Assembly (NCBI GenBank): GCA_964352015.1
Contig: CAYGPU010000002.1
Location: forward strand, 46,419 to 110,418
Source: an uncultured Marinicella sp.
Lineage (GTDB): Bacteria; Pseudomonadota; Gammaproteobacteria; Xanthomonadales; Marinicellaceae
Direction of reading: 5' to 3'
Length of the DNA stretch: 64,000 nucleotides
Under the pieces are notes generated by a model. That model was not told the origin of the DNA. It saw only the letters and a program-made list of their open reading frames with translations, and ran no database searches. A program made the position numbers and the translations under genes. Below are positions 56,863-64,000 of the stretch, piece by piece (position 1 is the stretch's first letter; each line of letters begins with the position of its first letter).

Positions 56863-57569
56863 GATTCATATCCTTTATCAAAAAACCAACCTTGAAAGTT
56901 TTTATAGCCTTGTTTCAGGCCCAAATCAAAGTCTTTTTGAGTTTCCACACCTTCAAGTACGGTGTTGATGCCCATTGATGCGGCAAATTTTGCCAGCCCA
57001 TGGGTAAAAGATTCGGTGTTGTTGTTTCTCGAGAGGTTCTGATTGGCGACCTTAATCACATCAATCAGTCCCATTTGTAGTAATTCCCAGTGAGCAAACC
57101 CAGAGCCAAAATCATCTAAGGCCATCCAGCCACCTTTGGATCTGAAATATTGGAGTAATTCTATGGCACTTGAACCCAATGGTGGCATGGAATGAATTTC
57201 AACTATCTCTATACATATTGTGCTCGGATCAATCATTTGACTATCAATCATAGACCTTAAGTTTGTCCTGAATTCATGACTGAGTAGGCTGATTGGCATC
57301 AAATTAACACTCAAGCGATTGGGCTGCTTGGTCTCCAGTATGTGAGGCAGTTGATTGAATATATTTATATCCAAATCAACTTTTTGTTGTGATGTGAGTG
57401 ATTTAAAGAAATGCTCAACATTGATATGCCCAAGCAAGTGTTGTGGCCTGTAAAGCATTTCAATCCACCTTTGACTGTTCATGTCAGCACCCACTATATG
57501 CTGAAATTGGAATCCCAATTTCTGGCTGATAGTGGTTTTGAATGCTGCTAAATTCATAAACATGGTCAA
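56859..57569 (-). CDS. Stand-alone EAL-domain protein (putative c-di-GMP phosphodiesterase)
   Basis: EML (EAL), SVNL, EIVE, LDDFGSG, IKV, EGVET and QGWFF conserved; no GGDEF or sensor domain. Confidence 0.9.
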   Translation of the reverse strand: MTMFMNLAAFKTTISQKLGFQFQHIVGADMNSQRWIEMLYRPQHLLGHINVEHFFKSLTSQQKVDLDINIFNQLPHILETKQPNRLSVNLMPISLLSHEFRTNLRSMIDSQMIDPSTICIEIVEIHSMPPLGSSAIELLQYFRSKGGWMALDDFGSGFAHWELLQMGLIDVIKVANQNLSRNNNTESFTHGLAKFAASMGINTVLEGVETQKDFDLGLKQGYKNFQGWFFDKGYES

Positions 57570-57768
57570 GATTGAACAGGTTTATTATAGACTGACAAAT
57601 CTATGCCTGTAAACAGTTATGTGAAATAAATAATAAAATTTATGTTTTACGGGGCTTTTGCTTTGCTTGATGTGTTGTAATGAAGTGCGGCTGTGATTGC
57701 TTGAAAGTCAAGTATGGCTGGCGAATCGTGATGTTTAGGCAACCTTAATAACGGTGGTTGTTTGGTGT

Positions 57769-58209
57769 TTAGTTGGTTTGAGTTTGTAGGTAATCTACAA
57801 TTGATTGATTGGCTTCTGGTAGTTGGTATTGAGTTAAATCAGTTTTATTCACCCACTTCATGGCTTGATTTTCGGCGGCGCATACCTTTGGATCAGGGTT
57901 GATTTCGTGAAATACCAGTAATTCAACAGTCAAAGATGAATAGTCATGGTGGATTTGTAGAATTTGTTTGGGCGTTGTGATGGCGTAATTCAATTCTTCT
58001 ATTGATTCCCGCTTTAAAGCTTCGATGGCGGATTCGCCCATATCAATTTTGCCGCCAGGAAACTCCCAAAAACCTGCCAGGTGTTGGTGTTTTTTTCTTT
58101 GTGTTAATAAAATGTCGCCTTGGTTATTTTCTAACACCAAGACGACAACTTTTATAACCGATGAGCTGGATTCTTTAGCTGGGGTGTTCAGCTCAGGCGC
58201 CCGTGACAT
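57769..58209 (-). CDS. mutT: 8-oxo-dGTP diphosphatase (Nudix)
   Basis: [28 protein letters not shown] Nudix box, downstream of secA. Start is uncertain. Confidence 0.88.
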   Translation of the reverse strand: MSRAPELNTPAKESSSSVIKVVVLVLENNQGDILLTQRKKHQHLAGFWEFPGGKIDMGESAIEALKRESIEELNYAITTPKQILQIHHDYSSLTVELLVFHEINPDPKVCAAENQAMKWVNKTDLTQYQLPEANQSIVDYLQTQTN

Positions 58210-60923
58210 TGTTTGTATTTTTTGCCAGAGCCGCAAGGACATGGATCATTTCTGCCGACCTTTTCGCCGTCTCTGATAAAGGTTTCGACTTTTTCAGCTT
58301 CAGGTTGCTTGGACTGAGATGGAGATTGGTGTTGGAAAGTTACATTTTGTTCTTTTTTGTGTTCTAAGGCGCTGACATCTTGTTCCTCTTGAACTTTAAC
58401 TCGAGAAATGATTCGAGTGGTTTCATATTTAATCTTATCCAGCAGGTCTTTAAACATTTCAAAGGATTCACGTTTGTATTCTTGAATCGGCTGTTTTTGC
58501 GCATGTGAGCGAAGGCCTACACCTTGACGCAAATGATCCATTTGAGCCAAATGTTCTTTCCACAATTGATCAAGGGTGTTGAGGTAGGCGGCTTTTTCAA
58601 AATGGCGCATAACTTCACTGCCCGTCATGGCTTCTTTTTCTTTGAAGAAGCGATCAATGTGGTCATGAATTTTATCAGTTAAGCCATCATCATCAAGATC
58701 CTCATCACGTTCTAATATCCGTGATATGTTGATGTCAATGCCGAATTCAGTTGACAGAACACGTTCAAGTTGTGGTATTTGCCACTGTTCTTCAACACTT
58801 TCAAGCGGTACATGCTGACGAATTACATTTTCAAACACTTCTTCTCGGGTGTCTTCAATATAATCGCCAATTTCATTGGCTTCTAACAAGTCAGTTCGTT
58901 GTTGATAAATGACCATTCTTTGGTCGTTCGCTACATCATCGTATTCAAGTAATTGTTTGCGGATATCAAAGTTATGCGACTCTACCTTTCTTTGGGCGTT
59001 TTCAATGATGCGGGTGATCCACTTATGTTCAATGTATTCATCCTCTTTCATGCCGAAGCGTTTCATGTTATCCATCATTCGACTCTGGCCAAAAACGCGC
59101 ATCAAATTGTCTTCCAGTGAGATGTAGAAGCGCGATGACCCAGGATCACCTTGGCGTCCAGCTCGACCTCTTAACTGGTTGTCGATACGTCTTGATTCAT
59201 GCCTTTCAGTACCAATTATGCGCAGTCCACCGTTGTCTAAAACCATTTGATGACGGACTTTCCAATCGGCTTTCAATTGTTCTTTTTCAGCATCACTGAT
59301 TTGACCTTTGCCATCAATTTCAACCGCTAAATTACCACCCAATACAATGTCAGTACCGCGACCAGCCATGTTGGTAGCGATGGTGATGGCGCCTGGTAAA
59401 CCGGCTTCAGCAACTGTTAAGGCTTCCCGTTCGTGTTGTTTGGCGTTCAACACATTGTGTTTGATTTTTTGTTCTTTCAGTTTATTGGATAAAAACTCAG
59501 ACACTTCAATAGATGCGGTTCCAACCAGCACAGGTTGTTTGCGTTCATAACATTCTATAATGTCTTCAATGATGGCATCGAATTTAGCTTTTTGACTGAA
59601 GTAAACCAAATCTCCTGCATCTTCTCGAATCATCGGCTTGTGAGTTGGAATCACAATAACTTCTAATTTGTAAATGGTTTGAAATTCATAGGCTTCAGTA
59701 TCGGCAGTACCTGTCATTCCTGATAATTTAGGATACAGCCTGAAGTAGTTCTGAAATGTGATGGATGCCAGGGTTTGGTTTTCTTTTTGAATTGGAACAT
59801 TTTCTTTGGCTTCAACTGCTTGGTGTAATCCGTCTGACCAACGCCTGCCTTCCATGGTTCTGCCAGTGAATTCGTCAACAATCACAATCTCGCCTTGTTT
59901 GACAATGTAATCGACATCATTTTCGAATAAATGATGTGCTTTAAGCGCTGCACTGACATGGTGCATCAGTGAAATATGCTGTGAGTCATAGAGCGACTCA
60001 TCGGCTCCCATCAAGCCATTCTTTTTCAGCAGGTCTTCGGTGTTTTGCATACCTTGTTCTGTGAGAAAAATTTGTTTTGATTTTTCATCGACTGAGAAAT
60101 CACCATCAGGCTCGGGAATACTTTGTTTATTCAGTATGGCTTGACTGATTTCTTTCTGATCAGGTTCAGTGGTGGCACGTTGTAAAAGTGGAACTATTTT
60201 GTTGATGCGGTTATAAATGTCAGGTGATTCATCCACTTGTCCAGATATGATCAGTGGTGTTCGGGCTTCATCAATCAAAATTGAGTCAACCTCATCGATG
60301 ACTGCGAAAAATGGCTCGCGTTGTACTTTGGCGTCTAAGCTGAAAGCCATGTTGTCGCGCAAGAAATCAAAACCCAATTCATTGTTGGTTGCATAAGTGA
60401 TGTCACAGGCGTAAGCCGCACGCTTGGCTTCATGGGTTAAGTTGGGAACTACCACGCCCACACTCATGCCTAGGAAATTATACAAAGGCTCCATCCACTT
60501 GGCATCACGACTGGCTAAGTAGTCATTGACAGTTACAACATGAACACCCTCACCAGCCAAAGCATTGAGGTAAGCGGGTAGGGTACACATCAATGTTTTA
60601 CCTTCACCGGTTCTCATTTCAGCAATTTTTCCACGGTGCAACACAATGCCACCAATCAATTGAACATGGTAATGACGCATTTCCATGGTTCGTACCGAGG
60701 CTTCTCTGACCAAAGCAAATGCTTCAGGAAGTAGGTCATCAAGTTTTTCACCTTGAGCCAATCGGTCCTTGAAAGCTTGTGTTTGCAGAGGAAAGTCAGC
60801 ATCATCTAATGCTTGGTACTTAGGCTCTAAAGCTTCGATTTGATCGGCGATTTTATCAAGTTGTCGAATGTAACGTTGGTTTCTGCTGCCGAATACTTTG
60901 GTGAATAGTGAGTTTTTAGCCAT
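58188..60923 (-). CDS. secA: Protein translocase subunit SecA
   Basis: [37 protein letters not shown] and C-terminal [18 protein letters not shown]. Confidence 0.99.
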   Translation of the reverse strand: MAKNSLFTKVFGSRNQRYIRQLDKIADQIEALEPKYQALDDADFPLQTQAFKDRLAQGEKLDDLLPEAFALVREASVRTMEMRHYHVQLIGGIVLHRGKIAEMRTGEGKTLMCTLPAYLNALAGEGVHVVTVNDYLASRDAKWMEPLYNFLGMSVGVVVPNLTHEAKRAAYACDITYATNNELGFDFLRDNMAFSLDAKVQREPFFAVIDEVDSILIDEARTPLIISGQVDESPDIYNRINKIVPLLQRATTEPDQKEISQAILNKQSIPEPDGDFSVDEKSKQIFLTEQGMQNTEDLLKKNGLMGADESLYDSQHISLMHHVSAALKAHHLFENDVDYIVKQGEIVIVDEFTGRTMEGRRWSDGLHQAVEAKENVPIQKENQTLASITFQNYFRLYPKLSGMTGTADTEAYEFQTIYKLEVIVIPTHKPMIREDAGDLVYFSQKAKFDAIIEDIIECYERKQPVLVGTASIEVSEFLSNKLKEQKIKHNVLNAKQHEREALTVAEAGLPGAITIATNMAGRGTDIVLGGNLAVEIDGKGQISDAEKEQLKADWKVRHQMVLDNGGLRIIGTERHESRRIDNQLRGRAGRQGDPGSSRFYISLEDNLMRVFGQSRMMDNMKRFGMKEDEYIEHKWITRIIENAQRKVESHNFDIRKQLLEYDDVANDQRMVIYQQRTDLLEANEIGDYIEDTREEVFENVIRQHVPLESVEEQWQIPQLERVLSTEFGIDINISRILERDEDLDDDGLTDKIHDHIDRFFKEKEAMTGSEVMRHFEKAAYLNTLDQLWKEHLAQMDHLRQGVGLRSHAQKQPIQEYKRESFEMFKDLLDKIKYETTRIISRVKVQEEQDVSALEHKKEQNVTFQHQSPSQSKQPEAEKVETFIRDGEKVGRNDPCPCGSGKKYKQCHGRLS

Positions 60924-60988
60924 AATCTAATTTGTTTGTGCATCCTGAATAAAACAATGTGGTTTCAATCAGGTGAGATTCAAGTAAA

Positions 60989-61020
60989 AGGGCAAATAAA
61001 AGTGAATTTATTTGCCCTTG
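60989..61020. other. Stem-loop between the M23 gene and secA
   Basis: aagggcaaataaa-agtgaa-tttatttgccctt, a 13-bp perfect stem. Confidence 0.6.
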
Positions 61021-61042
61021 AAAATAATATTTAGTTCAAATG

Positions 61043-61972
61043 TTAAGAATTAACGAAGGGCAATGGATTAACCTTATGTCCATTCTTCAGTATTTCAAAA
61101 TGTAAGTGTTCAGAAGTGGCGCGTCCGGTTTTGCCCATCACCGCAATGGCCTCTCCAGCCGAAACCTTTTGTCCCAATTGCACATGGATCGATTCGGCAT
61201 GAGCATAGCGTGTCATGAAGCCGTTACCATGGTCAATTTCGACCATTTGTCCGTATGAGCTGCGTTTCCCAGCCCAGACCACTACGCCATCAGCAGCAGC
61301 CAGAATGTCTGATTGGTAGCCACCAGAGTAATCCATACCAGGGTGATTGGCTTGCTGGCCTGTAAATGGATCAATGCGTTTACCATAATAAGATGAAATC
61401 CAGCCTTTGGCTAAAGGCATGACATGTGGTGTGGCACTGTGGTCAATGTCTTGTTCGTTTAACAGTTGGGTCAAAACATTGAAATTTTCTTGTTGTTTGA
61501 TGAAGTTATCTTCTAGGTTGAATAGGTTGGCGTAAAGGATTTGCGGGGTGTTGAATTCGCCAGTGAGCTCAAGTTCAGCACCACCTATACCGGGCTCTTC
61601 GCTTAAGTTGAATTCATCTTGATTGATGTCAGTTACCTCAGTCAAACGACTGCCCAATGCATTTAATCGGGTAGATTGAGCCATCAATTTACCAATTTGT
61701 AAGGTCATTGAATCAATGTCGTTTTGAACTGATTTTTTGTGTTCAACCAGTTCTTGTTGACGCAAATCAACCAAAGCTTGCAATTCTCTGATCTTAGCTT
61801 GATCACCGTTTGAGTCTGCTAAAAAGAACTTTCCAAATATAGCACCGCTGGTCAGAATCAATAAAACAAGAACCGTTGCGGCTGCAATTATTTTAAATTT
61901 GACACGTTGATCACTCAGGGCGTATTGAACAATGCCGGTTTTCTCGTGTTTGATTATTGTAAATTTATTCAT
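61043..61972 (-). CDS. M23-family peptidase
   Basis: TM plus coiled coil plus HPGMD / YAH / HLHFE LytM motifs. Confidence 0.92.
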   Translation of the reverse strand: MNKFTIIKHEKTGIVQYALSDQRVKFKIIAAATVLVLLILTSGAIFGKFFLADSNGDQAKIRELQALVDLRQQELVEHKKSVQNDIDSMTLQIGKLMAQSTRLNALGSRLTEVTDINQDEFNLSEEPGIGGAELELTGEFNTPQILYANLFNLEDNFIKQQENFNVLTQLLNEQDIDHSATPHVMPLAKGWISSYYGKRIDPFTGQQANHPGMDYSGGYQSDILAAADGVVVWAGKRSSYGQMVEIDHGNGFMTRYAHAESIHVQLGQKVSAGEAIAVMGKTGRATSEHLHFEILKNGHKVNPLPFVNS

Positions 61973-62016
61973 AAAAAAAACTTGCTTACTTCATTTATTA
62001 AGATTCAAATATCCTG

Positions 62017-62325
62017 ATGCGAAAATCAAAAGGATTTCATTCCATCACCGCCAGTATCGCTCAGGATAAAAGTTTATCTGGGCTGATACACCGTGCCAAC
62101 CAGCTTAAAAAGCTGAACGATGAACTTCAATTGCGTTTACCTGTACAAGTCAGAGGCATGTGCCAACTGGCTAATATCAAAGGCGAAACAGCTGTTTTCA
62201 TATGTAATACGCAAATGGAAGCCAGCAAAATTCGTATGTACAGCCGGAGCATTTTACAGACAATGCAGGAAGATTTCAAAATATCTGTCAAGAAACTACA
62301 GTTAAAGGTTGAATTAAAGCGCTGA
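62017..62325 (+). CDS. dciA: DciA (DUF721) family protein
   Basis: Size, helix followed by LANIKGETAVF...ASKIR; position divergent from M23-secA. Confidence 0.72.
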   Translation: MRKSKGFHSITASIAQDKSLSGLIHRANQLKKLNDELQLRLPVQVRGMCQLANIKGETAVFICNTQMEASKIRMYSRSILQTMQEDFKISVKKLQLKVELKR

Positions 62326-62448
62326 AATCGACGACTTGGCTACTGATTGACCTGCTGGTTCTTGGGTAAAGTTATTATCAGCGATAGTGCTGACTTGTCT
62401 GAACTGTCAGTTTATAATGCTCAGCTACCCTACAATATAAATCAGTCT

Positions 62449-63264
62449 ATGAATTTAGAAGCTCAAATTAATACCGCTTGGCAAGCCAAATCCAGCCTCA
62501 GCGCAGTCGAACTCAAAGCCCAATATGGTGCAGCCATTGAACAGGTTTTAATCGGTCTTGAGACAGGTCGATTGCGTGTCTCTGAACCGAAAGGTGAAAC
62601 TTGGCAGGTTAATGAATGGTTGAAAAAAGCGGTGTTGTTGTACTTCAGCATAGCTGAAAATCAAGTGATGGCTGGAGCCACACATAATTATTGGGATAAA
62701 GTGCCGTGTCGTTTCAAAGACGCCACTGCAGAAGAATTTCGTCACACGGGGGCCAGAGTGGTACCACCTGCTACCATACGACGCGGTGCTTTTCTGGGCA
62801 AAGGTGTGGTTTGTATGCCATCGTATGTCAATATTGGTGCTTATGTTGATGAGGGCACAATGGTTGATACTTGGGCTACAGTCGGTAGCTGCGCACAAAT
62901 TGGTAAAAACGTTCACTTATCCGGAGGTGTGGGCATCGGCGGCGTGCTTGAACCTTTGCAGGCGGCGCCCACCATCATTGAAGATGGTTGCTTTATCGGT
63001 GCCCGCAGTGAAGTGGTTGAAGGGGTGCGGATTGGTAAAGGCAGTGTCATCTCAATGGGTGTGTTCATTGGTATGAGTACCAAGATATATGATCGTGAGA
63101 CTGATGAGATCAGTTATGGTTATGTGCCCCCGGGTTCGGTGGTGGTGTCTGGAACTTTGCCGGCTAAAAACGGCAAGTACGCTTTGGATTGTGCGGTCAT
63201 CGTTAAAAAAGTTGATGAAAAGACTCGATCCAAAACCTCGATCAATGAGTTGTTACGATCATGA
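62449..63264 (+). CDS. dapD: Tetrahydrodipicolinate N-succinyltransferase
   Basis: [27 protein letters not shown] and [11 protein letters not shown] motifs; likely start MNLEA at 62449. Confidence 0.97.
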   Translation: MNLEAQINTAWQAKSSLSAVELKAQYGAAIEQVLIGLETGRLRVSEPKGETWQVNEWLKKAVLLYFSIAENQVMAGATHNYWDKVPCRFKDATAEEFRHTGARVVPPATIRRGAFLGKGVVCMPSYVNIGAYVDEGTMVDTWATVGSCAQIGKNVHLSGGVGIGGVLEPLQAAPTIIEDGCFIGARSEVVEGVRIGKGSVISMGVFIGMSTKIYDRETDEISYGYVPPGSVVVSGTLPAKNGKYALDCAVIVKKVDEKTRSKTSINELLRS

Positions 63265-63560
63265 TTATTTATGGTATCAAGAATTGTGACAAAGTCAGGG
63301 CTGCGCTCAAACAGTGTCAACTTGATGGCGTCAATGCTCAGCTACATGACTTCAGAGTAGATGGTATTGATTTAAATTTAGTCAACGCCATGCTGAAAGA
63401 CATTGAGATGTCAGCATTGCTCAATAAAAGAAGCACCACTTGGAAACAATTGGATGATGCTAGCAGGGTTGGCATAGACTCCACCTTGTTGGTAGCACAC
63501 CCCACTTTAATCAAACGGCCAGTTATTTTCAATGACGGTCATTACCGAATAGGATTGTAA
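63261..63560 (+). CDS. Spx/MgsR/ArsC-family protein (YffB-like)
   Basis: [18 protein letters not shown] and PTLIKRPV motifs. Confidence 0.88.
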   Translation: MIIYGIKNCDKVRAALKQCQLDGVNAQLHDFRVDGIDLNLVNAMLKDIEMSALLNKRSTTWKQLDDASRVGIDSTLLVAHPTLIKRPVIFNDGHYRIGL

Positions 63561-63563
63561 GCT

Positions 63564-64000
63564 ATGCAACCTGAAGTCATCACGTTAGCCAAGCAATTGA
63601 TTGAAAAACCATCTTACACGCCTGACGATGCCGGTTGTCAACCGTTGCTGATGGATCGCTTAGGTGGCCATGGATTCCAAGGTGAACACCAGCGTTTTGG
63701 TGAGGTGGACAATGTGTTGATGTGGCATGGTGATCAAGCAGGCCCTGCTTTGATGTTTTTGGGTCATACCGATGTGGTACCACCTGGAGATTTAAAGGCC
63801 TGGAGCCACGATCCTTTGTCTGCACATGTTGAGTCTGGCATGTTATATGGCAGGGGTGTGGCTGATATGAAAGGTTCGATTGCTGCGATGGTTTTGGCGA
63901 TGGAAAAGTTTGTTGGCCAATACCCCAATCACCCAGGTAAAATTGCTTTGATGCTAACCAGTGATGAGGAGGGTGTTGCACTTGATGGGGTGAGGAAATT
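63564..64000 (+). CDS. dapE: Succinyl-diaminopimelate desuccinylase, 5' part (runs off the window)
   Basis: Manual translation MQPEVITLAKQLIEKPSYTPDDAGCQ...GHTDVVP...GRGVADMKG...TSDEEG. Confidence 0.95.
   Translation, partial: MQPEVITLAKQLIEKPSYTPDDAGCQPLLMDRLGGHGFQGEHQRFGEVDNVLMWHGDQAGPALMFLGHTDVVPPGDLKAWSHDPLSAHVESGMLYGRGVADMKGSIAAMVLAMEKFVGQYPNHPGKIALMLTSDEEGVALDGVRK

Noticed and set aside
57570-57768. c-di-GMP riboswitch upstream of the EAL gene
   Set aside because: No GEMM-like GGCAAA...GAAA...GCAAA core seen on either strand.
62347-62448. Extended N-terminus of DapD
   Set aside because: Non-ATG upstream start; DapD-like sequence begins at the ATG at 62449.

Overview
Core-chromosome window of a marine Gammaproteobacterium. 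The Marinicella/Xanthomonadales-like assignment is my inference from gene order and protein style. Housekeeping blocks: pgsA with a Gly-Cys-Leu tRNA cluster, mrcA, rpsU-yqeY-dnaG-rpoD, yggS, ychF, trmH, an LPS/lipid A cluster, purC, djlA, rpe, a PhoPQ-like pair, mazG, mutT-secA-M23-dciA and dapD-dapE. Accessory parts: (1) a decayed ~6 kb island in tRNA-Leu, bounded by att repeats, carrying a truncated integrase, a HUH/Y1 transposase with a 483-bp tandem duplication, a HEPN-like ORF and five small orphan ORFs; (2) a REPIN-like repeat cluster between tRNA-Leu and tRNA-Cys; (3) a duplication scar around two beta-helix surface-protein paralogues; (4) a three-gene operon (EAL protein, DUF6502-like HTH protein, secreted protein with nine EGT[G/C] motifs) followed by three stem-loops with CA-rich loops. 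Five exported-type proteins carry a shared D-x-I-[FY]-x-[DN]-[GD]-F tail at or near the C-terminus, and a sixth carries a variant internally. The best candidates for undescribed systems are the EAL/DUF6502/EGTG locus and the DxIFxDGFE tail. No searches were run; family names come from motif recognition and memory.
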